Origin: Octopus sinensis
Taxonomy: Eukaryota
Reading direction: 5' to 3'
Length of the DNA: 64,000 nucleotides
NCBI RefSeq assembly: GCF_006345805.1
Contig: NC_042998.1
Coordinates: forward strand, 62,001-126,000
The notes beneath the pieces were generated by a model. It saw only the letters and a program-made list of their open reading frames with translations, made no database searches and was not told the origin of the DNA. A program made the position numbers and the translations under genes. Shown here piece by piece: positions 11,935 through 23,980 of this stretch (positions are counted from its first letter, which is position 1; every line of letters begins with the position of its first letter).

Positions 11935-12376
11935 GAGACGTCATCAACGGGCGGTTTCAAATTTGAACGCATACGAAATATTTCTCGCGTGCGCGTGATT
12001 CTTCAACTTCGGTTTAAAGTAGCGTATTTTAGAAGAAATTTGTTTGTGCTCGTTAAACGATCGGTACCAATGTGCATACCAAATGAGAATTCCAGGTACC
12101 GTTGGTGCTCATTCAATTTCATTCCCCGTTGTGTTTTGTCTAAGTGTATGTTTATATTTAATTTATACACACTATTCTTTTGTGTTAACTTTTGATGGTT
12201 TTTATTCCCTCTGTTTTGTACTTTCAGGAAGATATGATTACAACTAACGGTACAGGATACAACCATTGTGACTGTCATACCCAAAACAAAGCAACTTCTT
12301 CCTTTAAGTGATCGTAAGAATGTTTCTAAAAGTTCTTTCTGTGTATATATGTTTAATATTCATTTTAATTTTGTAG
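11935..12376 (+). promoter_or_regulatory. Candidate CpG-rich promoter with short spliced 5' exons (5'UTR or lncRNA)
   Basis: Local CpG cluster (GACGTCA 11937, TCTCGCGTGCGCGTGA 11983). CAG|GTACC donor 12095/6, ttttgtactttcag acceptor 12227, C|GTAAGA donor 12313/4 and ttttgtag acceptor 12376. The 86-nt exon has stops in all three frames. Confidence 0.3.
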
Positions 12377-12619
12377 ATAAGAAATTGAGATCTACTAATA
12401 TATAAGGAGGAGGACTGAAACACAAGAGCTGTTAATGAATTTAAATATAGGATACGCATAACTTAAAACTTAAGCTTCATGTAATTGGAAATGGATGGAG
12501 TGAAATATAGTTTCCTTTTAATGACGACAAATATATCATTTCATTCTAATAATGACAATTTCAGCATAACCGAGTACATATATAAGTTTTGCACGCACAT
12601 ATATGTGCTTCTATAGAAC

Positions 12620-13190
12620 TAATATATATTTCACTCAGTGTTTTACTCATGCTCCGCCAGGAACAACTTGAAATTGATCCAAATTCTTTTCTACGCCATC
12701 TAAAGAGTGAAATTTCTGATTACGCAGCCTTCAATAATTTAATGACTGAATGTAGAACAAGCGCACTAAATAAATATAACATACTTCTGTAGAAGAAGGC
12801 AATTCTTTGATAAAAATGGGAACCAGCCAGATGATGAACGACCAACTAACCAAGTTTAGACACGTTTCTTAGTTGATAAAGTTATTTTATTATCGAAGTG
12901 TGATATGAATTGAATTGTTTTGCTAATTCTCGTACAGTTTGCTTGAATTTTCCTTATCTCCGGTCTATAGAAGCTCAGTACTGACAGAACTTGGTCGTTT
13001 TGATCAATGGGTATCTGTGAGGGAAAAATTTCCCAAGCGAAACTGACCAAACCATTGTTGACATGTCCTGTTCATTTCCAGAGACAAAATGAATATTTCT
13101 TGCATTTCCATTGTTGAAGAGCTTCTTGGAATCCATGCAGCATGCTGTGTCTGATCTAAAATTACTTAAAAAGGGTAAAATCGATACGAA
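12620..13190 (-). pseudogene. Highly decayed mariner transposase N-terminal fragment
   Basis: Minus-strand translation includes 'NARNIHFVSGNE' and 'TVRELAKQFN...SKLG*LVVHHL', resembling mariner HTH and WVPHEL regions. Many stops. Confidence 0.5.
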
Positions 13191-13202
13191 TTTAACTACT
13201 AT

Positions 13203-13365
13203 GGGCGCAGGCGTGGCTGTGTGGTAAGAAGATTGCTTCTCAACCACATGGTTCCGGATTCAGTTCCACTGCGTGACACCTTGGGCAAGTCTCTTCCACT
13301 ATAGCCTCGAGCCGACTAAAGCCTTGTAGGTGGATTTGGTAGACAGAAACTGAAAGAAGCACGTC

Positions 13366-13400
<35 letters not shown>
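13203..13400 (+). mobile_element. tRNA-derived SINE family C (5' half, ends in (TG)n)
   Basis: TGGCTGTGTGG A box, 'ccttgggcaagt' CORE-like motif and 'gatttggtagacagaaactgaaagaagc'. The family recurs ~10 times. Confidence 0.85.
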
Positions 13401-13403
<3 letters not shown>

Positions 13404-13639
13404 CAAAATAAGCAACAAGAATATCTTCGGTAATTTGGTACGATCGTTTCAAGCTACATCATTTTATTAAACATTGTAAGTATTACAACAGTCTTAAAAT
13501 GTTGAGCAATCATCAGCCATTTATAGAGGTTTTCCATTTATAGAAATTTTACACTGGTATATAGAATTCTTAATCTTAGAATTATTGGACAAAAATTTAA
13601 TTCTGTTGGGGTTGTCCTCCGAGATCGAAACGAAGTTTT

Positions 13640-13981
13640 TATTACTATGATTATTGTTACTATTATTATTACTACCACTAACAACACTATTCCTATTAGT
13701 ATTAGTATTATTATTGTTAATACAACTAATAATATTATCAACAATAATACCGTTATTATTATCATTATTAACATTACCATTGTTATCAACACCACTATTA
13801 CTATTATTACTATTATCATTATTATCACCATCACTATTACCATTACTATTATTATTAATAATATTATTCTTATTATTATAATTGTATGAGTGGTGGCGGC
13901 GGCGGTGGAGATAGAGGTGGCAGAGCAGGCGGAGTCGGCGGCAGCAGCAGCATTAGTAGTAGTAGTAGTAGTAGTAGCAGC

Positions 13982-14025
<44 letters not shown>
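13640..14025. repeat. Small TTA/CTA-type then TAG-type triplet array
   Basis: Same composition as the large satellite, with polarity switching near 13885. Confidence 0.8.
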
Positions 14026-14154
14026 AACGAAGCTATAGTAGAACGACAGCCATGACGTTGCCATATATGAAACGAGCCAACAAAAGATCCCTTATGTAAT
14101 CACCAGACATTCTAGAAATATCATCTGAATCTTGTTCAAATCATACTTTACCGT

Positions 14155-14224
<70 letters not shown>

Positions 14225-14499
14225 GCACGTCGGGCAATGTAGTATGGAACAAAAGATCTGGATCGTAACGCCTGGAATGCCTTTGATATCTGTTCTGTTT
14301 CTTCACGGTCGATTTGAAGACCGACAACAAACATAACAGCCATATACGCTTTACACAGAGTATTGCTATCAACCTGGTTTCAAGAAATACCAAGCAACCT
14401 GAGATCACTTTTGGTTCTATACTACAAACTTTTGTTCTCTACAGTGATCTGAAAGAAATACGTTCCATCAAAATTGCATGTTACTTTATGTTTATATAT

Positions 14500-14715
14500 A
14501 ATCTTTTACTCTTTTACTTGTTTCAGTCATTTGGCAGTAGCCATGCTGGAGCACCGCCTTTAGTCGAGCAAATCGACCCCAGGACTTATTCTTTGTAAGC
14601 CTAATACTTATTCTATCGGTCTCTTTTGCCGAACCGCTAAGTTACGGGGGACGTAAACACACCAGCATCGGTTGTCAAGCGATTTTGTGGGGACAAACAC
14701 AGACACACAAACATA
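14500..14715 (-). mobile_element. Family C SINE, 3' half
   Basis: Reverse complement reads 'gtgtttgtcccc..atcgcttgacaaccgatgctggtgtgtttacgtcccccgtaacttagcggttcggcaaaagagaccgatagaataag', matching 61360-61570. Confidence 0.85.
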
Positions 14716-14737
14716 TATATATACACACACACACACA

Positions 14738-15070
14738 TCTATTATATAAAATCAGTTCTGTCTGTCTGTGTGTGTGTCTTCAAGGATCTCGGGCATTCTC
14801 CATCTGATCGCGCTCAAATTTGATATGTAGATACTGACGGTATCAGGGCGTGTATAAATCTTGAAAAAATTACAAAAATCGATTCCAGGTGAGAATTCCA
14901 TCAATAAAGCATTCTTTGGAATTGAAAAAAAGTCTATCTCTATTTCTTCTTTTGCTGGTGTCTCAAATTTAGGTTAAATCAGTGTTTCTCAAAGGGAGGC
15001 CTATGGGACGGTCGGACAAGTTGTTTTGAGAGAATTTGGTTTAAATGTTTGACAACTCAGCACCGTCCAT
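14738..15070 (+). mobile_element. Helitron-like non-autonomous element (same family as 31595-32083)
   Basis: A|TC start. Shares 'ctcaaatttgatatgtaga', 'aaaatcgattccaggtgagaat' and 'gacaactcagcaccgtcca' with the second copy. 3' terminus missing. Confidence 0.55.
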
Positions 15071-15078
15071 ATGTACGA

Positions 15079-15129
<51 letters not shown>

Positions 15130-15149
15130 TATATAGATAGATATATATA

Positions 15150-15776
15150 TGTTTCTTTATTAGCCACACAGGGCTGCACACAGATAGAACAAATTACAAG
15201 GTAGAGCTTTTCTTTTGGGGGTAAAAAAAAGGGAGTGGTGGTTTTCGATTAAAAGGGATCGTAAAAGGAAAGAAAGAGGACTAAAAAAAGGGAGGGATTA
15301 ATAACAAAAAAATAAATAAATAAATAAAAAAAAAAAAAAGGTGGGGGGAGAGCAAAAAATTGATCAATAGGGATCGTTATCACAGAAATGTCAATATGAA
15401 GTGTAAAGGGGAGAACGTGGTAAGAAAAGCCTACGGAAAAGACCACGGTAACCTCGGTCAATGAAGTCACATGTTATATTTCTTTTTTTTTTTTGCAAAT
15501 AAGCAACTCTCTGTATTAATTTTTACGGTTCATAGAATCATAGTCAAGGTGGCTTCGTCATTCATACGTGCCATCCTTGCTACATTCACCCATCTTTTTT
15601 TAAAACATTCACTAGACAAAACTTGCCTCTCTACTCTCACTTTTCTCTTCAAGTGATACTTGAAGAAGTTGATGAGAGATTGACCAGAGAGGAAAGTGTT
15701 TGTCTCTAATCCTTTCAGGCGCGTCCACCAGATACATTCTTTCGCCATAGCCACAAATATGATAAAAATAGCTCTT
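15150..15776 (-). mobile_element. 3' end of L1/Tx1-like LINE (same family as 7092-8209), flanked by (TA)n/(TAGA)n
   Basis: Minus ORF 'MAMAKECIWWTRLKGLE...FFKYHLKRKVRVERQV' matches 8060-8200 at DNA level. The 3' UTR ends AATAAAGAAAC and runs into (AT)n. Confidence 0.85.
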
Positions 15777-15835
15777 TATATATATATATATAGATAGATA
15801 GATAGATAGATAGATATACATATATATACATATAC

Positions 15836-15973
15836 ACGACGGGCGTCTTTCAGTTTCCGTCTACCAAATTCACTCACAGGCTATAGCAGAAGACACCTAC
15901 CCAAGATGCCACGCAGTGGGACTGAACCCGGAACCATGTGCTTCGTAAGCAAGCTACTTACCACACAGCCACT
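15836..15973 (-). mobile_element. Family C SINE, 5' half
   Basis: Reverse complement of 'gtggctgtgtggtaag..ggttccgggttcagtcccactgcgtggcatcttggg'. Confidence 0.85.
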
Positions 15974-16569
15974 ATCAGTTCAGTAACGGCTGAGTTATTT
16001 TACTAAATACTTTTTTTTTATTTTCTAAATTAATTGAAACGAGGATAGTGTATGTTCAACAGAAATATGGTCACAAAAAGCTACACTTTTCTAACTTCGA
16101 GGAAACTTTTTAGAATTATTTTTATGCCAGTGAAAGAGGTGCTATCATATAAGTTAGTTTTACTATTTTCCTACAAATGTATCAGGTGAAAGTTGTAACG
16201 ATTTTTTTAAAGACTATATTTTCACAGAGTACCACGTGACTGATGATATTTACATCTCTGCCGAACATTTGGCAGACGGTATTGCAAACTGCTTAATAAC
16301 TCCAGATAATATTTTCTTAGTAGAAAAAATTCTTTGATAGAAACGAGACTAAATAGTAGTTTGACCTTTCACTAGAAATTAACAGAATATTGTTCTGCCG
16401 TGTCTTACAAGCGATCGCTTGCCAAAGCAAAGAAATCGCACTTACTGACGGAACAGTTGTGAAACCTTTTGTACGAAGTAATTTTTGGCAAAGATTAATA
16501 TCAAATGGTTGAAATAACCTAATCGTCGCCAACTCTCACCTCTTCTTAGGACAAATTTCCAGACAAAAT

Positions 16570-16607
<38 letters not shown>

Positions 16608-16611
<4 letters not shown>

Positions 16612-16931
16612 GAGAAACTTTCAAAATACAAAGACCTGGAAATAGCGGTAACTCGAATGTGGAATCTAAAAACAGAAACAATTCCTATCATAGTAAGCGC
16701 ATTAGGTATGATAAAAGATATTCAGACAAATACATAACAAAAAACACCAGGACTTACAAATATATACAACATACAGAAAATTACACTACTGGGCACTGCA
16801 CACATCCTACGCAAAACATGTTCAATACAGTAACCATAAGAGCATCACAACAAACCACAGCACATACCCAAGGCACACAGAGCTGCGCTCGGTAGTGAAG
16901 TGAAAGCACGATATAAAAATAAAACTACTGA
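16608..16931 (+). mobile_element. R4/Dong-clade RLE retrotransposon family B, severely 5'-truncated (copy B1), inside (TAA)n
   Basis: Encodes 'EKLSKYKDLEI.VTRMWNLKTETIPIIV', matching 41784-42050 on the minus strand. (AAT)n on both sides. Confidence 0.85.
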
Positions 16932-17542
16932 ATAATAATAACAATAATGATGATGATGATGATAAAAAAATAATAATAATAATGATAATAATAATAATAA
17001 TAATAATAATATAATAATAATAATAATAATAATAATACAGAACAATACAGAACATCCCTTCCTTAATTTTTCTTAAGCCTAATAATAGTAAACATCTGAA
17101 CTTTTTTTGACCGACAGGACCCCACCTAAAAGAAAAAAAAAAAAAAAAAAAAATTTCACTGATGGTGATGATGATAATAATGATAGTAATAGTGCTGATA
17201 ATCTATCTATCTATCTACACACACAAACACACTCAAAGAGTTCAACCAACACAAACCTCACCTCCGTTCTATTGTTAACCAAATATGAAAGTATTATTTA
17301 ACAGGCAAGAACTCTGGCGTTGAAGACAGTCAGCCAGCCAACGAGACATACAGACACTACTGTGATGGTGATAATGATAAAAAAACAAAAATAACAATAA
17401 TAAGATACTGCTGTGACTACACATAAAACAATATCATTGATGATGATGGTGGTGATGGTGATGGTGATGATGATAACGATGATGGTAATGGTGGTGATAA
17501 TAATGATAGTGATAGTAATGGTGATGATAACAATAATAAGCC

Positions 17543-20500
17543 GACTACGGCTGCTATAATGGTACGATTATAATTGTAACGACAATGATGGCCGTCACCC
17601 CACGAGCCAATCAAAGCTAAAAAATGATAACATATCGTAGCACCAAAATGTTTTTGGAAACTAAAAGGAAAACTAAATCAGTATACCAAATCGCTTGTCC
17701 TATGGTTAATCTGGAAGCGCGTCCCCCAGGGAAGAGCCAGCCTGGGATCGAAAAGTCATCAACTGGCACAAACTCTTCTCCGAATACGGACATGGATGGT
17801 CACTTGAACGGGAAATCCCCCAACTCGAGCCCTCCAAGTTCACCACCACAACCACCACAGAAAGAAAAATGTAAGCGGAACAAATAGACCCGAGAAGAGT
17901 ATAAAGAAGTAATATACGCTTATTACTATGCATTAGGTAGGCCATCTCAAGAGAGACACACCGCAAACTCTTACAGTATATGGAGAACACGGAATCAAGA
18001 CAGTAGGCCCTATTTGGACGAGAACAAATTAGCAAATGTGAGGAGGGATATCCTTAGAAATAACAGACTCACAGACAGTGAAATAAGCGCGATCAAGCAC
18101 GCAACGGAAAATGATATAAATATAAGACACAAAGGAAATGAAGAATCAGATGAACAGTATAGCCCGCCACGAGGCTTAATTGAAAGACTGCCATCTGACC
18201 AAAGTACGCAAAGGCCTGAAGATACAAGAAATTCTATTGTACCTGTTAAAGATAGCCAGGAAAACGAAAAAACAAGAGTAACTGAAGATCTTGCATTTGC
18301 TGAAGAAAACAGAGAGTCTATGGCAGAAATGAGGCAGAAAATCCTGAATACGCTTGAAGTTGTAAGACATACAAGTATGAATGATAGAGAACCACTTCAT
18401 AAACTCTCAAATACAAACCAAAATAAAAAACAAATCCAAATTGGCAACTATGTAACAAATGAAATAATACGAGAATTAAAACCTGATTTTACTGAGTTAA
18501 ATGAAATTATTTACGCTTCTGCTAGGGCAATTGAAACCAGCTGTATGCCCCCGAAAAAACAAAGCAAACAAAACCTGGGAAGAAATCAAACCTGGAGAAG
18601 TAAAATTGAAAAAGAGATTGAATTTATGAGAGGGGAAATATCAATATTAAATGAACTAATATGTGGAAATGATGTAAGATCCAGAACAGGAAGAAAGATG
18701 AAGAGAAAATTTGGATCCTCACCAAGAGAAGAACTGATATCAATAAAAGAAATGCTGAAACAAAAAGTCCAAGCAAAAGCCCAAAGAATACGAAGATTTG
18801 AGATGAGAAACAAGTTTTACAAGCAAAATAAGCTGTTCACATCCAATGCCAAAAAATTATACAGAGAAATAGGGAAGGAGAAAGTAACCGTTAAAGACCC
18901 CCCTCCCATGGAAGAAGTTCAAAACTTTTGGAAAAGGATTTGGAGTGACAAGAAGACGTACAACATAAATGCAGACTGGATTATACAAACTGAAGGATCC
19001 TACCAAAATTTACAACAACAAGCATGGGAAGACATCACAATAGAATGGTTAGCAAGAATAACGAAACCAACCTTCCAAAAAACTATCGGCCTATAACCTG
19101 TCTATCCACCACGTATAAAATCCTAACATCTATCCTGGCGGAGAAAACATGCATTCATGGAGAAGAACGATATTTTCCCAATTGAACAAAAAGGGTGCCG
19201 CCGAGGCTCATACGGATGCAAAGATCAACTGCTAATTAATCGTATGATCCTTGAGAACTGTCACAACAAGCGCAGAAATCTCAGCTCCGCATGGATTGAC
19301 TATAAAAAGGCCTTCGACAGTATACCGCATCCATGGATCTTGAGATCGCTGGACATCTTCAAAATTTCCCCTGTGATTTCAAGCTTCCTGAAGCACAATA
19401 TGTCGTTGTGGAATACGAATCTCCAATTATACCACTCTAATGGAGTACTTGCCTCAGAAAATATAAACATCAACTGTGGAATTTTTCAAGGTGACTCACT
19501 TTCACCTTTAATATTCTGCCTAGCCCTAATACCCCTTACAAGTGAATTAAACAGAACAGGGTATGGGTATAAAATTGCCAATAAAAAAATAAGCCATCTA
19601 TTTTATATGGATGACTTAAAACTCTATGGTGGAGACAATAATGAACTTGAAGGCCTATTGCGCACTGTGAAAGCATTCAGCGATGACATCGAGATGGAGT
19701 TTGGACTTGAGAAGTGTGCCAAGGCCACTTTCCAGAAAGGGAAAGTGAAGACCACAAATTCAGTCGTGTTAGATGTTGACACAGTCATAAGAGAGCTTGA
19801 GCAAGAACAAACATACAAATATCTAGGGATAAATGAAGGCTCTGGTATTTAGCATGCAAGCATGAAAGAGAAGATCAGGAAGGAATGTTATAGGACAGTT
19901 CGCGCAGTCCTGAAATCTGAACTAAATGCACGTAACAAGGTGTTAGCTATAAATTCCTTAGCAGTTCCAGTTGTTACTTATAGCTACAATGTGTTCAACT
20001 GGAATATGAGTGAAGTAAAGAATATAGACAGGAAAATACGCAAGCTGCTGAGTTGTATTAGGATGCACCACCCAAAGGCAGACGTGGATCGCCTTTACCT
20101 TCCCAGAGCCCAAGGAGGTCGAGGCCTGATCCAATTTGAACTAGCTTACAAAACAACCACAATTGGACTGGCCAAATATCTTGAAATAACGAATGACTGG
20201 ATGCTAAAGCTCGTGGAAAATCACGAGAGACGAAAGAAGCTTCATTCTATCATAAAGGAAAGCAAAAAATTTGCTATTGATCTCGTGCAGGATACCCAAA
20301 TATTGTTGTGAAATACAAAAACAATAAAGTTTGCTTAATGATCGACATGAGTATCCCCTGTGATCATAATATCTCGGCGAAAGAGTTTGACAAGCTCAGA
20401 AAATATAAAGACCTACTCATTGAAATTGAGAAAATGTGGCATCTCAAGGCGGTTACAATACCAGTGATCGTAGGAGCACTAGGAATGATCAAGAAGGGAA

Positions 20501-20759
20501 CCGAAAATTATATGAGAATGATCCCTGGCTTACCATCCCTGCAAGAAGTGCAAAAGATTGTCTTAACTGGTACATCACACGTATTGAGAAGAGCATTGTC
20601 GCTGTGAGAACTATTACTACCCATGTAGTAATAGTTTTTTAACTTAAAAAAAATGAACGAACTATTGAGTTTAGTGGCGTACCAATATATACTATGAGTT
20701 TCTTTGCCCTAGGAGTCGGGAAGACACTCGGCAAGAAATGGAAGGAAATTTGAAAGAAG

Positions 20760-20760
<1 letters not shown>
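17543..20760 (+). mobile_element. R4/Dong-clade RLE retrotransposon family A, copy A1 (near full-length, defective)
   Basis: RT motifs NYRPITC, EQKGC, WIDYKKAFDS, GIFQGDSLSP, LFYMDDLKL and YKYLG; RLE tail 'CLMIDMSIP..KEFDKLRKYKDL'. Lesions: TAG at 17885, frameshifts near 19040 and 19150, TAG at 19850, and a ~550-bp deletion at 20300 removing the CCHC. 3' end runs into (TAA)n. Confidence 0.9.
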
Positions 20761-20847
<87 letters not shown>

Positions 20848-20964
20848 CTTTTCTGCTATAGGTACATGCTCTGAAATTTTGGATGCTCCGGCAGGGGTTG
20901 GTGGCGACCCCTGTTATACTCTTTCGCCACAACTTTCTCTCACTCTCTCTTCCTCTTTCTTGAG

Positions 20965-21080
20965 TAACGCTGCGATGGACTGGCGTCCCGTCCAGCTGGG
21001 GGTGGGGTGGGGGAACGCATACGCCACAGAAACCAGGAAACCGGGCCCATGAGCCTGGCTAGGCTTGAAAAGGGCGACAA
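20965..21080 (+). mobile_element. Possible SINE fragment with V-domain-like motif
   Basis: 'gctgcgatggactggcgtcccgtccag' resembles the V-SINE domain from memory. No tRNA head seen. Confidence 0.3.
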
Positions 21081-21426
21081 AAAAACCCCACTTGAACAGG
21101 TAGGTGAAGGGAAGAAGGGTCAATGTTAATGCTACCATCTTAGCGCCAAAAGTATTCGTCCATATCGATTTCTTATATTGTAACAAGGTAACAGATTTAC
21201 AGCGAAATTGGATGTTTTTGCTCATATTTTCTCCATCCGCATTAGCGATGTATATCTATTTATAAGACGAAGCGGGAAGAACCGCATAATCCCCCGCCCC
21301 AAAGCAAAGAACAAACAAACAAACAAACAAAAAACAAAACAATATTGACAAGACACAAAGACGTTCTATACAAGTTTGCAGATAAAAACTGAAAAGTCAT
21401 CACTAGAGCCTTCATTTTATCATTTA

Positions 21427-21821
21427 CTAGCAGTATCGCCCGGCGTTGCTCGGTTTTGTAAGGGAAATAACTATATAAGCATTTTAAGAGAGTTATAGCC
21501 AAAAAATAGCAAAAAATGCATTAAAAATGGAAAAAAATGATGGTAATTTATTTTAAAAATCGTTGACTCATCGTAGACATTTTTAGAGAGTTACTTCCCT
21601 TATATAATAGCGAAAAAATGCATTAAAATGGAAAAAAATGATGGTAAATTTTTTTTAAATCGTAGACTCATCGTAGACGCACGCTAATACCCAGAAGGGC
21701 TCGATATGAATCACGACTATAAGATGCCTGGTTTTGGTTAAACTGCACCGCAAAATGTGGGAGTAGTTAGGAATCTAAATCGTAGGAGACAGACACACAA
21801 CTTCACTTTTATATATAAAGA
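21427..21821 (-). mobile_element. Helitron-like non-autonomous element with internal ~100-bp tandem duplication
   Basis: Minus strand A|TC start at 21821, subterminal 'ccgagcaacgccggg' and CTAG|T end at 21427. Duplicated 'aaaaatgcattaaaatggaaaaaaatgatggtaa...gactcatcgtagac'. Confidence 0.7.
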
Positions 21822-22947
21822 TTTCAGTTCATAAATATTTTATTGGTAACTATTAAACTTCTCATTAAGTGATCAGTAGTTTTTTCTCCTCTTGCAACAA
21901 AATATTTATCACTCTTGCAGCTTGCTATGAAAGCGCAGTTGTTTAACCTCGGGCCACCCCTGATTTTACAGATTCACAATCAAAGGCGTTCCAGTCGTGT
22001 ATTCTGTATTTTTATAAATTAAGAACTATATTATATATATTATATAGTTTATTTTAAAAGACAATAGGGTATAAGTTAAGTGAGATTTGGCTGCTATTTC
22101 TAGTTGTTATTTGGTATAAAGAAACACTACTAAACTTCATGATTAAAATGGCTGAATCCAAAGTAAAGGAATTTTAATTCGATTACAAACTGTTTCTTTC
22201 AACAATCCATCACTTATTATCTTACTACCCTAGCGGTCACAAATTGGATAAAGTCTTAAGCTTTCTAATTTTAATACCAGATTAGGTAATAGGATTAAAA
22301 TGGTTTGAAGAACGCTTTCGTTTTTATTTTGCATGGAAACGCTTTTGTTAAATTTAAACTAATGAGTTGTTTTCGTTATTTAAATTTATAAATGGATTTG
22401 ATTTAAGCTCCAAACGAGATGAGTTTAAGCGTATATATTTTCAATGACGTATTTTGTAGTATTTATTTATTTTTAATGAAGATTCTTTTGAAATCTAGCT
22501 TTCGGTTTTAGTTTATTTCAATAAAAAAAAACATTCAACTAAATGAGTTTAGTATCCTAGGTTTATTTTATTACATTCGTAACGAGAGTGGAAGAGTGGG
22601 AAAACCACCACAGCTAAACGCTGAGAAGCAGTAATTGCGAGCCCACCCTTGTTCACCTCCGCCGTAATCACAACGAGGATCTAAAAGTATGGGCCCGGGA
22701 AAAGGGGTGCAGGCGGTGCAAGCGCACTTATTAAAATTTTTGTTGGGTGCAATATCAAAATTTACACTTCTACATACTTTTCTCAGGTTTAGAAAATAAT
22801 GTGTAAAAAATGATCTAAGCAAATTGCTTCCTGAGCCAGGGTCTAAAAGTATAGGGGAACGAACTAAACTGTGAAAAAATACGACACACTCAGATTTCCA
22901 CATTGGTCCCTCAAATAATAAATTACACCATGTCCGAGTGTACTGTG

Positions 22948-23502
22948 TATTCCTATATCACCAAGGAAAGTTTACATCAAGCATCTATTTTATTGTGATC
23001 TTACGTGATTTTATCGTGTTGAGCACGGATGTTCCATATGGAAGGCTTTATAATTGTTAAGCATTTTCTCTCTTAACATAAAACCAATGGTAGCTTTAAT
23101 CCACAAATAAAGTATTTTTATCCATCAATGCACTGTTGAGCACTCATTCTCATTGCTCGATATTAATGCATCACCAATTCCAGCGTTCTCAAAGAACGGA
23201 TAAGCACTAAACACGAACAGAGAATCAAAGTAAACCACGGAAAAGAACGGAGAACATCATTGAAGAATATTCCTATACCAGTGAGGAACGTTTACATCAA
23301 ACATCTATTTTATCGTGATTGTACGTGATTTTATTGTGTTTTGATTCAAAGATGGAGACGAGCAACGATGTTTTGTGTGGTAGGTTTGATAATTAAGAGA
23401 TTTCTCTCTTAGCATGAAACCAATGGTAGCCTTAACCCATAAATAAAGAAACATTATCCACCAATTTGGTGTTGAGCATTCATTCTCATGGTTCGATATT
23501 AA
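22948..23502. repeat. Imperfect ~220-235-bp direct repeat (22948-23166, 23268-23502)
   Basis: Shared 'tattcctata', 'gtttacatcaa.catctatttta', 'aaaccaatggtagc' and 'tcgatattaa'. Confidence 0.75.
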
Positions 23503-23944
23503 AATACACACACACACGCACGCGCGCGTGTGTATGTGTGTGTTTTATATTTCTATCTTTTAAATTTAGTTTATATAGACCGAGACAAATTCTAATTAAA
23601 AACAACGTCCGTCCAATTATGTAAAGTTACATGCTGAGATTTAGAAAAATGTTGTTGTTTTAGAGTTTCACTTACATATTAAATGAGCAAAACTCGTACT
23701 CTTCTTTCGATTTTCTTGCCATATTTTCAAGGTTTCTGCTTAAACATTTGTCTACGTAACCAAGTGTTCTAATAATAATTGAATTTCCGAAACATTTTAC
23801 TATAACTATGAATCGATAGGAGAATCATAACCATTATACAACTTGGTTTTCCACTCCTCTTTCTCTCGGCTCTGCCTGTCTGTTTCTCGCTCTCTTTCTC
23901 TCTCTCTTTCACACACATCCACACACATCTATAAACACTCATAC

Positions 23945-23980
<36 letters not shown>

